Positions 34,108-44,051 of a DNA stretch of 64,000 bases are shown here, one piece after another; positions within the stretch are counted from its first letter, which is position 1; the number at the start of each line of letters is the position of its first letter. The DNA is from Anaerolineae bacterium (GTDB lineage: Bacteria > Chloroflexota > Anaerolineae > Aggregatilineales > Phototrophicaceae). The notes below the pieces were generated by a model. That model saw only the letters and a program-made list of their open reading frames with translations. It had not been told where the DNA came from and ran no database searches. Where the stretch lies: the NCBI GenBank assembly GCA_022826865.1, contig JAJDUC010000047.1:41324-105323 (forward strand), read 5' to 3'. The position numbers and the translations under genes were made by a program.

Positions 34108-35415
34108 TTAGAGCGCTGGCTTGAGCTTGCGCTTTGGTTTGCTTGCGAAGACGTAGAGCCAAAAGAGCGCGGTGCCGAGGAAGGCGATGAAGGAGCCGAG
34201 CAAGAATAAATCGCGGAAGGCGAAGGTGGCGAGCAGCAAGCCGCCGCCCAGCGCCATCATCGCGAAACTCAAGCCGGCCGCCGCTTCGCCTGTGCCCGCC
34301 ATCAGCGCTTGATGCGACCGGGGCGCCAGGTCAAGGATGTAGACGATGAAAGCGGTATAGCGCACGGACATCATGCTAATCGAGCCGATATAACCGAAAG
34401 AAGCCGCCAGCCAATGCTCCACCAGCGCCATAGGAATGAGGCAGCTCGAAGCGATCATTGACGCCCCGATCACGACGCCGACGTTGCCCCAACGCCGCAC
34501 GAGGCGCGGCGTGAGCAAGGCCGTCGGCACACCGGTCAAGCGGCCGATAGCGGCTATGGCGCCGATCATCGCGGTCGATACCGCCAGGTGTTGGTCCATG
34601 TAGACATTGAAATAGACCATCGCCGTCGCCGAGCCCGCGACCTGGAAGAGGCGAATGACGGTCATAATGACGATCAGCATCAAGACGGAGCTGGCCCAGC
34701 CGCTTGTGGCGCTGGCGCGCGCGGGGTTGGTCTCGTAAGAGCCGGGCGCGGCTTTTGGCGGCAGCGGCCGAATGCGAAGGGCGAGCCATACGGAGAGCAG
34801 CAATACGATGTTGGCCAAGGCGAAGGCGGCGCGAAACGGCTCCGGGTCGTCCAGTGTCCAATTGTTCATGCCGGCGATCGCGCCCGGCAGCAGCCCGGCG
34901 ATGAGGCTGCCGGCGAAGCCGGCCAGGGACCAATGCGCCGCCTTGAGGGCGAAAGCCTGCTGTTTGTAGGCGACATCGACAACGTTGAGCAAGAAAGGCG
35001 CGCCGTTGACGAAGAAGAAGGCGAAGCCGCCAAACATCAGGGCCGGGGGGATGACCAACCCGGCTTCGCGCCAGCCCGGCGGCAGCCACTCGGCCAGCGG
35101 CAGCAGCAGGCCGCCCGCCAGGCTTAAGATGGCGCCGAATTTCATTAAACCGGTAGTCGACATGCGCGAGCCCAGGATGCCCGCCGGCAGGCTGGTCAAG
35201 CCGAATGTCAGCAAGCCGACCGCGTTAACCAGCCCGATGAACTCGGTGCCATAATCCAGGCGCAGCAGGTAGAGGTTGAGCAGTACGGAATAGAGGCCGT
35301 CGACGACGATGGTCAGGCCGACAATGACGGCGAAGAACAGGCGCGCCTGCGTATTGAAGGCGCGAATTGGGCTGAGGATGCGTCCGAGCATGGGCGGCTC
35401 TAACCCCCGCCCCAA
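34108..35415 (-). CDS. MFS transporter
   Basis: 435 aa with about 12 TM helices in a 6+6 arrangement. The start could alternatively be the internal MLGRIL codon 8 codons downstream. Confidence 0.7.
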   Translation of the reverse strand: MGRGLEPPMLGRILSPIRAFNTQARLFFAVIVGLTIVVDGLYSVLLNLYLLRLDYGTEFIGLVNAVGLLTFGLTSLPAGILGSRMSTTGLMKFGAILSLAGGLLLPLAEWLPPGWREAGLVIPPALMFGGFAFFFVNGAPFLLNVVDVAYKQQAFALKAAHWSLAGFAGSLIAGLLPGAIAGMNNWTLDDPEPFRAAFALANIVLLLSVWLALRIRPLPPKAAPGSYETNPARASATSGWASSVLMLIVIMTVIRLFQVAGSATAMVYFNVYMDQHLAVSTAMIGAIAAIGRLTGVPTALLTPRLVRRWGNVGVVIGASMIASSCLIPMALVEHWLAASFGYIGSISMMSVRYTAFIVYILDLAPRSHQALMAGTGEAAAGLSFAMMALGGGLLLATFAFRDLFLLGSFIAFLGTALFWLYVFASKPKRKLKPAL

Positions 35416-35529
35416 ACCCCTTTGCCATCTCTATGGCAAAGCATCCCATAAAGAGGGAGGGGTTTCAAAGTCGCGTTGCTGCCGAGAGAACACCCTTTCC
35501 CTCCTTGTGGGAAGCATCCCCCGTGAGGC

Positions 35530-35567
35530 GGGGGACCGAGGGGGCGCTGGGGCCGGGGGATGGGGGG
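35530..35567 (+). other. G-quadruplex-capable G-tract cluster (G5-N5-G5-N4-G4-N2-G5-N2-G6) in the MFS upstream region
   Basis: Read directly: G runs at 35530-34, 35540-44, 35549-52, 35555-59 and 35562-67 on the plus strand. The minus-strand transcript would carry the C-rich complement. Confidence 0.6.
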
Positions 35568-35616
35568 TAGAAAAGCGGGATGCTGCATTCTTATCGCTTA
35601 TTTGGATTTACATTCA

Positions 35617-36054
35617 TTAATCCAGTATCTCGAACATCGCTTCGATCTCTACGGCGAAGCCATTGGGCAGGGAGGCGAATCCCAGGGCGCTGCGGGCATG
35701 CAGTTCGCCATCGTAAAGCTCCCAAAACAGTTCGGACGCGCCGTTGATAACCAAGTGCTGGTCGGTGAAATCCGGTTCCGAATTGACGGCGCCCAGCAGC
35801 TTGCGCAGGCGCAGTTTGTCCACGCTGCCGGTGATAGTATAGGCGGCTTTCAGCAGGTCTTCGGCGCAGACGCGGGCGGCCAGTTTGCCGGTTTCCACAT
35901 CCAGGTCCCGCCCCAGCTTGCCGCTGTAGCCAGTGGAGACGTGGCCGGAAACATAAATCGTGTTGCCGATGCGGGTCGCCGGCGCCAACGTCGCTGATGG
36001 ACTGTAGTCTTCAATATCAATGCCCATCGCTTTTACTTTATCGTCAAGGCTCAT
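35617..36054 (-). CDS. RidA/YjgF/UK114-family protein
   Basis: 145 aa from MSLDDKVKAM. The track ORF is extended 138 codons upstream through non-coding-looking DNA. The motif ..IGNTIYVSGHVS.. and the C-terminal ..LPNGFAVEIEAMFEI.. are typical of the family. Confidence 0.75.
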   Translation of the reverse strand: MSLDDKVKAMGIDIEDYSPSATLAPATRIGNTIYVSGHVSTGYSGKLGRDLDVETGKLAARVCAEDLLKAAYTITGSVDKLRLRKLLGAVNSEPDFTDQHLVINGASELFWELYDGELHARSALGFASLPNGFAVEIEAMFEILD

Positions 36055-36186
36055 CGGGCAACCTCCCCTGGAAAAACTGCAACTGCATGGCAATGGGAGG
36101 ATTATAGGCGCGTCTAAGCCTTGCGCCATACCCAATAAAAGGCGTTTGCGCGGCTGGGGCGCAACGGTGACGAGCAATCGCACTAA

Positions 36187-36222
36187 TTTCACAATAAGCC
36201 GTTCGCCACAATTATTGTGAAA
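36187..36222. promoter_or_regulatory. Candidate operator: inverted repeat TTTCACAATAA-N14-TTATTGTGAAA upstream of the sugar ABC operon
   Basis: Perfect 11-bp arms at 36187-36197 and 36212-36222, in the 446-nt divergent region between ridA and the binding-protein gene. Confidence 0.4.
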
Positions 36223-36227
36223 ATGTA

Positions 36228-36292
36228 GGGGCGTCTCGTGAGACGCCCATTGAAAATGGCCTGCAGATTGCGGGCGATCCGCCGGATCGTCC
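36228..36292. repeat. REP-like GC hairpins related to those at 5490-5558
   Basis: GTAGGGGCGTCTC-gtg-GAGACGCCC lies at 36228-36248 and is perfect. GGGCGATCC-gcc-GGATCGTCC lies at 36272-36292 with one mismatch. The GTAGGGGCG...CGCCC frame equals the reverse complement of the 5490 hairpin context. Confidence 0.6.
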
Positions 36293-36500
36293 CTGCCAGA
36301 CTGTTTCATCCGAAATGGATACATTTCCCCGGCTTCAAGCCTATTGCGGGCGCCACTTGAAATTGATAGACTATGCGCCTGACCCAAGCTTGGGATCAGA
36401 GCGGAGAAAGGAGCGATATCGATCTCGCGGCATTTCCGCCGAATTGGCGGGCGCGCCGAATTCCACAAAGATCTCCTTGAGTATATTGGCGAGGTTCACC

Positions 36501-37790
36501 ATGTTTAGACGTCTGTTGTGCATGTTGCTGGTCTGTGTCTTCGCGCTTCTGGCCACATTAGCGCCCATCACATCGGCGCAAGATGAAGTTACGCTGGGTT
36601 TCGTTTACGGCTCCTTCGCGCCGCAAGAAAAATGGGAACTGTACTTTGAAGGCTTCCTGGAAGCGCACCCGGAAGTCACCATCAACTACATTCCTGTCCC
36701 GCTCGATAGCTGGGGCGACTATACGCAGAAGATCGTCACGACGATGCTCGGCGGCGAGCAGGTTGATGTCATCTGGAATGCCATTGAGGCCGTGCCGCTG
36801 ATGGCGGAACGCGGCGTGCTTCTGGAGTTGGATTCTTATATCGAAAGCGACCCCGATATTCAGGAATTCCTCGATGACGCGCATCCGAAACTGCTGGAGG
36901 GCTTGCGCTGGAATGACCAGCAGTACCTGCTGCCTTTCGCCTGGAACACGACCTTGATCTATTACAACAAGTCAGTCCTGGAAAACGCGGGTTTGCCCGA
37001 ACCCCCGCCCGATTGGACCTGGGATGATTTTCTGGAATACGCCCAAACCATCACACAAGATACGGATGAAGACGGGATCAATGATATCTGGGGCTTCCAT
37101 GTCAACTCCTGGCTTTGGCACCTGGGACCGTGGGCCGTCGCCAATGGCTCGTTCTTCCTCAACGAAGATTTCAGCGAGCCCTGGTACAGCCGTCCGGAGA
37201 CTATTGAGGCGCTGCAATTTGTCCGCGACTTGATTTGGGAGCACGAGGTCGCCCCGTCCGGGTCCTTCAACTTCAGGGAAGCTTTTGTCGCCGGCACTCT
37301 GGGCATGATGATTGACTCGCCGGCCGGCCGTCAACGCCTGATCCCGGCCGGCATGTCGGCGGATGACTACGATGTCAACTTCTTTCCCAGCAAATCGGGC
37401 GAGGTCGCCCGCGGCTCTCAGTGGGGCACGGATGGTTATGGGATTACCAAAGACAGCGCGCATCCGGACCTGGCCTGGGAGATGGTGAAGCACTTGGTGA
37501 GCACAGAGGTGATGTCGAAGCTGCTCTCGGGCGAGTTTGCGTCGGCCAGCGCGCCGGCGCGGCAATCCTTGGCGCAGGATCCAGTTCTGGTCGAGGCAAG
37601 CCCGGCCAATTATTGGCGCTTCTACGAGGTGCTGGAGAACGGGCGCACTGTCATCAACGCGCCCAATTTTGCGGAACTGGCGGAGATTCATGACCGTTAC
37701 ATGTCGCAAGTCTGGTCGAACGAGATGAGCGTCGAAGAAGCCGCCGCCAATATCCAGGCGGATATGGAAGCGGTGATTGCGGACAACTAG
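36501..37790 (+). CDS. Extracellular solute-binding protein, family 1 (CUT1 sugar ABC transporter)
   Basis: The start is taken at MFRRLLCMLLVCVFALLATLAPITSAQDE (signal peptide). The track ORF starts 62 codons earlier. It has typical SBP_bac_1 length and composition. Confidence 0.8.
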   Translation: MFRRLLCMLLVCVFALLATLAPITSAQDEVTLGFVYGSFAPQEKWELYFEGFLEAHPEVTINYIPVPLDSWGDYTQKIVTTMLGGEQVDVIWNAIEAVPLMAERGVLLELDSYIESDPDIQEFLDDAHPKLLEGLRWNDQQYLLPFAWNTTLIYYNKSVLENAGLPEPPPDWTWDDFLEYAQTITQDTDEDGINDIWGFHVNSWLWHLGPWAVANGSFFLNEDFSEPWYSRPETIEALQFVRDLIWEHEVAPSGSFNFREAFVAGTLGMMIDSPAGRQRLIPAGMSADDYDVNFFPSKSGEVARGSQWGTDGYGITKDSAHPDLAWEMVKHLVSTEVMSKLLSGEFASASAPARQSLAQDPVLVEASPANYWRFYEVLENGRTVINAPNFAELAEIHDRYMSQVWSNEMSVEEAAANIQADMEAVIADN

Positions 37791-37928
37791 ACTCTCCTGG
37801 AACGGGCGGCCGCCACAGCAGCGCGCCGCCCCTTCTTCATCTCAGGCTGCCGATATGTCCCAGGCGGTCATCCGCGCCCTATTTGGCGGAAGCCTGGCCG
37901 TGATTTCAAACGAAAGAATTGAAGCGCC

Positions 37929-38849
37929 ATGTCAGTGATGTCGTCGGGCTTGAGGGGCAAGCGCTTCAACCGGCTGGCGATCAATGAGGCTGTCGCTGGC
38001 TATTTTTTTATATTGCCGACGCTTCTGAGCTTCCTGGTCTTCTTCCTCGTTCCCACGATTTCCGGCTTGGGCATGTCCTTCTACGAGTGGGATTTTTTTT
38101 CCGCGCCTGAATACGTCGGGCTGGAGAACTTCGAGGAGCTTGTCGGCGACAAACTTTTTATACGGACGCTGCGCAACACGGCGATATTCGCCTTGTCCGC
38201 CACCGCCTTGAATGTCGGCCTGGGGATGTTTATCGCGATTGGGGTCAACAGCATCGGCTGGCGCTGGCTGCGCGCCTTATTGCGGACGGCCTATTTCATC
38301 CCCTTTGTCATTTCAACTGTCGTAGTCGCCTTGCTGTTTGGCTTTCTGCTGCAAGAGAGTGTTGGTGTCGTGAATTATTTTCTCACGCGCCTGGGCATCG
38401 CGAGGGTTCCTTGGCTCACGTCCTCCGCCTGGGCCTTCCGTTCGATCGTCATGATCGATGTCTGGAAACATGTGGGCTTTTTCACGCTTATCTTCCTGGC
38501 CGGCTTGCAGGGCATCCCTCGGGAGCTTTACGAAGCGGCGGTGGTGGACGGCGCCGGGCGCCGCGTCAGGCTGACGCGCATCACGATACCTTTGCTCACG
38601 CCGTCTCTGTTCTTTTCCTTGATTATCGCGCTGATCGGCGCCTTCCAGGTTTTTGAGTCGATGTTTGTGCTGACCAATGGCGGGCCCGGCGACGCCACCA
38701 GGACGGTGGTGATGTATCTCTACCGCGAGGCCTTTGGCAGCTTCAATATGGGTTATGCGGCCAGCATGGCGGTGGTGCTGTTTTTCATCATCCTCGCCTT
38801 GACGATCACACAGGTCCGTTTGGGCGACCGCTGGGTCTTTTATCGCTAG
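37929..38849 (+). CDS. Sugar ABC transporter permease (MalF/UgpA-like)
   Basis: 306 aa with 6 TM helices. The EAA-type loop is ..ELYEAAVVDGAGRRVRLTRITIPLL... Confidence 0.85.
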   Translation: MSVMSSGLRGKRFNRLAINEAVAGYFFILPTLLSFLVFFLVPTISGLGMSFYEWDFFSAPEYVGLENFEELVGDKLFIRTLRNTAIFALSATALNVGLGMFIAIGVNSIGWRWLRALLRTAYFIPFVISTVVVALLFGFLLQESVGVVNYFLTRLGIARVPWLTSSAWAFRSIVMIDVWKHVGFFTLIFLAGLQGIPRELYEAAVVDGAGRRVRLTRITIPLLTPSLFFSLIIALIGAFQVFESMFVLTNGGPGDATRTVVMYLYREAFGSFNMGYAASMAVVLFFIILALTITQVRLGDRWVFYR

Positions 38850-38867
38850 GATGGGTCGAACGCAGAG

Positions 38868-39773
38868 ATGACTAACGCGGCCTTCGTCTACAAGCATCGC
38901 CCGATACCAACTTTGGAGCGGCTGCTTGACAAGCTGCGGCATAATTGGCGCTCTTATCTGGCCAATGCGGCGCTGGCGGCGCCTTTGGTTATCGGCGCGC
39001 TCATCATGTTTTTGCCCCTGGTATGGGCGGTTTCCTTCTCCTTCGGGCAGCCGCATGAGTTCTTCAAGCTGCCGCCGCCGATCATCCCCAGCGCCTTGCG
39101 CCTGGACAATTATGAGGCGGTCTTCGAGCGGGTCGATTTTTTCCGCTTCTTCATCAACAGCGTCATTGTGACGGCCTGCGTGACAATCGGCCAGTTGATC
39201 ACCTGCAGTATGGCCGGTTATGCTTTTGCGCGGCTGCGCTTCCCGGGCAAGCGGATCATTTTCATTCTCTTTCTGGCTTCCATGATGGTGCCGCAGCATG
39301 TGACATTGATCCCGGTTTTCATCATTATCCGCGGGCTGGGCATGTACAACAGCCTGGGCGCGTTGATTTTCCCTTACGCGACCAGCGTATTCGGCACCTT
39401 TCTGTTGAAACAATTCTTTGAAACCATTCCCGATGAACTGGAAGACGCGGCCAAGATTGACGGCGCCGGTTTCCTGCAGATCTATCGCCGAATCATGCTG
39501 CCGCTGGCGGGACCGCCGCTGGCGACTTTGGCGATTTTGACGTTCAACAGTTCCTGGAACAGTTTTTTCTGGCCGCTGATTTTCATCAACTCGGCGGACA
39601 AGATGACATTGCCCTTGGGCATGATCTATCTGCGCGGCCAAGATGGCGTGACGAATTCCGGCGTGCTCATGGCGGCGATTGTCCTAAACTTGATTCCGGT
39701 GTTAATCTTCTTTTTGATATTCCAGCGGCGGCTGGTCGAGGGGGTGACCCTAAGCGGCTTAAAAGGAATTTAG
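38868..39773 (+). CDS. Sugar ABC transporter permease (MalG/UgpE-like)
   Basis: 301 aa with 6 TM helices. The EAA loop is ..ELEDAAKIDGAGFLQIYRRIMLPL... Confidence 0.85.
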   Translation: MTNAAFVYKHRPIPTLERLLDKLRHNWRSYLANAALAAPLVIGALIMFLPLVWAVSFSFGQPHEFFKLPPPIIPSALRLDNYEAVFERVDFFRFFINSVIVTACVTIGQLITCSMAGYAFARLRFPGKRIIFILFLASMMVPQHVTLIPVFIIIRGLGMYNSLGALIFPYATSVFGTFLLKQFFETIPDELEDAAKIDGAGFLQIYRRIMLPLAGPPLATLAILTFNSSWNSFFWPLIFINSADKMTLPLGMIYLRGQDGVTNSGVLMAAIVLNLIPVLIFFLIFQRRLVEGVTLSGLKGI

Positions 39774-39824
39774 TCTGAACTGTCCAGAAGTTGAGTGACC
39801 GCTCCTGACCGGGCGACGAAGGAA

Positions 39825-42263
39825 ATGGGAATGAAGATTCACGATGAAATCAGAAGTTTCGATGCCAGCGCCGGCGCGCTGGCTTTTCCGCTGGGCGGCA
39901 TCGGCACCGGCAATGTTTCTTTGGGCGCGCGCGGCGAGTTGCGCGATTGGGAGATCTTCAATCTGCCGGCGAAAGGCGCCACACTGCCGCTTACGTTTTT
40001 CGCCATTCGCTGCCAGCAGGGCGGGGCCGCGCCCGTGGCCCGCGTGCTGGAGGGCCCGATTCAGCCGCCGCACCTGCTGTCTCACGGTTATCATCCGATG
40101 ACCGGCGCCGGCTTGCCGCGCTGCAAAGGCAGCGCTTTCCGCGGCGAATATCCGCTCGCGGCGATTGAATTCGCCGACGATGACCTGCCGGTCGCTGTGG
40201 AGTTGGAAGCTTATACACCTTTGCTGCCCTTGAATCCGGAGGATTCCGGCATCCCCTGCGCGATTATGACGTACCGGGTGTCCAATCCGACGGACGAGCC
40301 GGTCGCGGTCACATTGGTGGGCACAATCAGCAATCCGGTCGGCAACAGCCGCTTCGATCCCTACGAAAACACGGCGTCGGTGGAGTTCGGGCGGTCGGTG
40401 AATGAGTTCCGCGAGGAGGGCGCGCTGCGCGGTTTGTTCATGAGCAATGATCAAATCGCCGAGGGCGATACGCAGTTCGGCAGCCTGGCGCTGGTCAGCG
40501 ATCACGCCGAGGTGTCGGCCAAGCGCTACTGGATGCGCGGCGAATGGTGGGATTATTTGCATGGCTTTTGGGATGAGCTGCTGGCGCAGGGCCGCCTCAG
40601 CGACAGCGAGGATGAGGCGGGCGGCGAAAGGCTGCCGACCGGGTCCCTGGCTTTGCGGGACGAGCTGGCGCCCGGGGAGAGCAAAGAATTCCGTTTCATC
40701 CTCAGTTGGCATTTCCCCAACCGCCCGGATACCTGGGACCTGCGCACCTTGGGCCGGCTGGGCATAGACGAAGCCGATGTGGGCAGCACACGCAATCATT
40801 ACGCGACGCGTTTCAGCGACGCCTGGGATGTTGGCGCTTATGTCAGCCGGGACCTGGCGCGCCTGGAAGACGGGACTAAGCGCTTTCACGAAGCCCTGTT
40901 CGCCAGCACGTTGCCCGCGGTTGTGCTGGACGCGGTCTCCGCCAATATCGTCCCGCTGCGCAGCACCACTTGCTTCTGGCTGGAGGACGGGCGCTTTTAT
41001 GGCTGGGAGGGCTGCAATGACGAGTACGGCTGCTGCCCGGGCAGCTGCACCCACGTCTGGAGTTATGCCTATACGCTCGCCTATTTATTCCCGTCGCTGG
41101 AGCGCGAGATGCGGCGGATCGAGTTCAATGTGGAGACGGGCGACGATGGTTTCATGCGCTTTCGTTCCTTTGGAACCTTTCACCAGGAATTCCTTTGGGA
41201 CGGCCGCACCGACGCGGCGGTCGACGGGCAGATGGGCTCGATCCTGCGCGCCTATCGCGAGTGGCAGCTGAGCGGGGACGATGATTTTCTGCGGGAAATC
41301 TGGGGCGGCATCAAACGCGCGATTGGTTTTGCCAGCGCCTACTGGGACAAGGATGGCGATCATGTGCTGGACGCCGTGCAGCACAATACCTACGACATTG
41401 AGTTCCACGGCCCCAATCCGCTCTGCGGCATCTATTATCTGGCGGCGCTTCTGGCGGTCGAGGCTATGGCGAAGCTGATGGATGAAGAGGAATTGGGCGC
41501 GCGCTGTCGCCGGGCTTTCGAAAGCGGCAGCGCCAACCTGGACGCGATGCTATGGAACGGCGGCTATTATGTGCAGCGCGTCGCCGATGTGAACGCGCAA
41601 AAGTATCAGCATGGCCTGGGCTGCCTGTCCGACCAATTGCTGGGCGAGCTGCATACCCGCATCCTCGGCCTGGGCTACGTCATGCCCGCCGAGCGCGTGC
41701 GCCGGGCCTTGAAATCGATTTTCGACAACAACTTCAAGGAAGACCTGAGCGACCATGCCAATTGCCAGCGGGTCTACGCCCTCAACGACGAAGCCGGCCT
41801 GCTGCTTTGCACCTGGCCCGATGGCGGCCGCCCGGCCTTGCCCTTTCCTTATGCGGACGAGGTTTGGACCGGCATTGAATACCAGGTGGCCGCCCATCTC
41901 ATATATGAGGGTTGGGTGGATGAAGGCTTGCAGCTGACGGGCGAGCTGCGGGCGCGCCATGACGGCCTGCGGCGCAACCCCTGGAACGAGGTGGAATGCG
42001 GCAATCATTATGCCCGCAGCATGGCGAGCTGGGCTTTGCTGCTCGCGCTCAGCGGCGCGCAGGTGGCGCCCGGCAGCGGCGATATGACCTTCTCGCCGGT
42101 GGAGGAGCTGCTCAACAAGGACGAGCCCTTCAAGTGCTTCTGGTCGAATGGACGGGCCTGGGGCGTTTATACGCAAAGCTGGGACGCCGATGCAGGCGCC
42201 TGGCGGCCCTCGCTTGAAATCCTGGGCGGGGAGGCGGCCGATGTCGCCTGCAAGATTGCATAA
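39825..42263 (+). CDS. Glycoside hydrolase family 116 (GBA2-type beta-glucosidase / related beta-glycosidase)
   Basis: About 812 aa. It has the N-terminal FPLGGIGTGNVSLGARGELRDWEIFN signature and a C-terminal (alpha/alpha)6 region with ..VQHNTYDIEFHGPNPL... The start is ambiguous among 39795 (GTG), 39825 and 39831. Confidence 0.8.
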   Translation: MGMKIHDEIRSFDASAGALAFPLGGIGTGNVSLGARGELRDWEIFNLPAKGATLPLTFFAIRCQQGGAAPVARVLEGPIQPPHLLSHGYHPMTGAGLPRCKGSAFRGEYPLAAIEFADDDLPVAVELEAYTPLLPLNPEDSGIPCAIMTYRVSNPTDEPVAVTLVGTISNPVGNSRFDPYENTASVEFGRSVNEFREEGALRGLFMSNDQIAEGDTQFGSLALVSDHAEVSAKRYWMRGEWWDYLHGFWDELLAQGRLSDSEDEAGGERLPTGSLALRDELAPGESKEFRFILSWHFPNRPDTWDLRTLGRLGIDEADVGSTRNHYATRFSDAWDVGAYVSRDLARLEDGTKRFHEALFASTLPAVVLDAVSANIVPLRSTTCFWLEDGRFYGWEGCNDEYGCCPGSCTHVWSYAYTLAYLFPSLEREMRRIEFNVETGDDGFMRFRSFGTFHQEFLWDGRTDAAVDGQMGSILRAYREWQLSGDDDFLREIWGGIKRAIGFASAYWDKDGDHVLDAVQHNTYDIEFHGPNPLCGIYYLAALLAVEAMAKLMDEEELGARCRRAFESGSANLDAMLWNGGYYVQRVADVNAQKYQHGLGCLSDQLLGELHTRILGLGYVMPAERVRRALKSIFDNNFKEDLSDHANCQRVYALNDEAGLLLCTWPDGGRPALPFPYADEVWTGIEYQVAAHLIYEGWVDEGLQLTGELRARHDGLRRNPWNEVECGNHYARSMASWALLLALSGAQVAPGSGDMTFSPVEELLNKDEPFKCFWSNGRAWGVYTQSWDADAGAWRPSLEILGGEAADVACKIA

Positions 42264-42316
42264 TAAGCGGGCCGCCGGAAACTGCCAGAGACTGAATCAA
42301 AAGGGAGGACGCCCCG

Positions 42317-43024
42317 ATGTCGCTCAAATATTACATCCATGGCCGCCGGGATCAGATGAAGGTGGCCTTGACTTTCGATGATGGGCCCAATCCGCCGCGC
42401 AGCGACCAAGTCATCGAGATCTTGAACAGCCGCGGAGTCCGCGGGACTTTCTTTGTCCTGGGCAAGTGGGTGGATCGCTGGCCGCAAGCCTTCGAGCGCA
42501 TCGTCCGCAGCGGTCATGTTGTCGGCAATCACAGTTATTCGCATCAGGCGCATCTGGGCGATTATGATCGCGCCGAAGTCGCAATCGGCAACTTGCTCGG
42601 GCGGCCAACGCGCTTTCTGCGCGCGCATTATTTCAATTTCTTCACTTGCCTCTACTCGCCGGTAGCGCTGGCGCCGGACATGAAAATCGTTGACGCCGAT
42701 GTCAACCCGGCTGATTACGCCAAGACGGAGGCGCGGGCGATCGTTGAGGCGACGCTCGATCATCCGGCGCTGGCCGGCGGCTCCATTATCGACCTGCATG
42801 ACAGCACGGAATCGGATGATGACGCGCTGCGCCTGGCGCGGCCGCTGGCGATGATCGAGGCGCTGCCCGCGATCATCGATGGCTTGCAGGCGAAGGGTTA
42901 TGAACTGGTCGGCCTGGATGAGATGGAATTGGTCGATCCCATCACCTGGCGTCCGGATGGGCGCGGCAAGTTCGCCAGCGAAGAAACGCGCCGCATGATC
43001 GATGAACTGGGCGGCGCGGAATAA
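42317..43024 (+). CDS. Polysaccharide deacetylase (carbohydrate esterase family 4)
   Basis: 235 aa. It has the NodB motifs LTFDDGP and GNHSYSH. Confidence 0.8.
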   Translation: MSLKYYIHGRRDQMKVALTFDDGPNPPRSDQVIEILNSRGVRGTFFVLGKWVDRWPQAFERIVRSGHVVGNHSYSHQAHLGDYDRAEVAIGNLLGRPTRFLRAHYFNFFTCLYSPVALAPDMKIVDADVNPADYAKTEARAIVEATLDHPALAGGSIIDLHDSTESDDDALRLARPLAMIEALPAIIDGLQAKGYELVGLDEMELVDPITWRPDGRGKFASEETRRMIDELGGAE

Positions 43025-43037
43025 GCGCGGCCGGGCG

Positions 43038-44051
43038 CTACTGCGGCGCGCCGACCAACTCCAGCTCCTCGGCGAAATGGCAAGCCGCCCATTGGCCGGG
43101 GCCGACTTCCCGCAGCGCGGGCGTTTCCGCCCGGCAGCGATCTTGCGCATATTGGCAGCGGGGATGAAAGGCGCAGCCCGACGGCGGATCGGCGGGATTG
43201 GCAATCTCGCCCGGCAGAATGATGCGCTTCTTTTCGAGATCGGGTTCGGGCCTGGGCACGGCCGAAAGCAGAGCCTCGGTGTAGGGGTGTTTGGGAAAGA
43301 AGAACAATCTTTCTTTCGGCGCGACTTCGACGAGTTTGCCGACGTACATCACGGCGACGCGGTCGGAGATATGCTCAACCACGCTTAGGTCGTGCGCGAT
43401 GAAGAGATAAGCCAACCCGAACTCGGTCTGCAGGTCTTTGAGCAAGTTGAGGATCTGCGCCTGGGTGGAGACATCCAGGGCGGAGACGGGTTCGTCGGCG
43501 ATGATGAGGCGCGGGTTGGTCGCCAGGGCGCGGGCCACGCCGATGCGCTGGCGCTGGCCGCCGCTGAAGGCATGCGGGTAGCGCCGCAGGTGTTTTGACT
43601 CCAGGCCGACGATTTCCATGAGATGGGCGACGCGTTCCTCCAGCTCCCGGCCGCTGGCCAGCTTCGCCAGCTTCAGCGGTTCGCCCACGATATCGAGCAC
43701 GGTCCAGCGCGGGTCAAGCGAATAAAAGGGATCCTGGAAGATCATGTTGGCGTAACGGCGCAGCGGGCGCAGGTCGCGGCGGTTGATGCGCGCCATATCG
43801 ACCGTCATTTGCTCGTTGATTTGGAAGTGAATCTTGCCCGCGGTCGGGTCCAGGGCGCGCAGAATGCAGCGCCCGACGGTTGTCTTGCCGGAGCCGGACT
43901 CGCCAACCAGGCCCAAGGTATCGCCCGCGCCGATTTCCAGGCTGACATCATCGACCGCCTTCACCTGCCCGACCACGCGCCTCAGAAAGCCCCGCTCGAC
44001 CGGGAAGTATTTCTTCAGGCCCTGCACTTTCAGAATGGGCTGGGCGCTCAC
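43038..44051 (-). CDS. Opp/Dpp-type ABC transporter ATP-binding protein (OppF-like)
   Basis: 337 aa. Motifs: Walker [10 protein letters not shown], signature FSGGQRQRI, Walker B LIIADEP. The C-terminal oligopeptide-type extension has Cys/His residues. Confidence 0.9.
   Translation of the reverse strand: MSAQPILKVQGLKKYFPVERGFLRRVVGQVKAVDDVSLEIGAGDTLGLVGESGSGKTTVGRCILRALDPTAGKIHFQINEQMTVDMARINRRDLRPLRRYANMIFQDPFYSLDPRWTVLDIVGEPLKLAKLASGRELEERVAHLMEIVGLESKHLRRYPHAFSGGQRQRIGVARALATNPRLIIADEPVSALDVSTQAQILNLLKDLQTEFGLAYLFIAHDLSVVEHISDRVAVMYVGKLVEVAPKERLFFFPKHPYTEALLSAVPRPEPDLEKKRIILPGEIANPADPPSGCAFHPRCQYAQDRCRAETPALREVGPGQWAACHFAEELELVGAPQ

Noticed and set aside
35617-36468. N-terminally extended versions of several track ORFs (ridA 283 aa, amidohydrolase 57610-58821, Ldh_2 61411-62652, parB 11809-13239, ppk2 21360-22406, SBP 36315-37790, hsdS to 29829, helicase to 8741, rpmB to 23601)
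   Set aside because: In each case an internal start gives the canonical family N-terminus, a signal peptide, or a tidy junction or overlap with the upstream gene. The extension runs through another gene or through non-coding-looking sequence.
38313-41054. Long minus-strand ORFs (442 aa at 38313-39641 and 431 aa at 39759-41054) opposite the permease and GH116 genes
   Set aside because: They have Arg/Gln/Ala/Gly-rich low-complexity translations and are antisense to well-supported CDSs. Similar shadow ORFs occur at 7062-8093, 21048-21869, 42167-43204, 52557-53582, 53815-54981 and 61672-62574.
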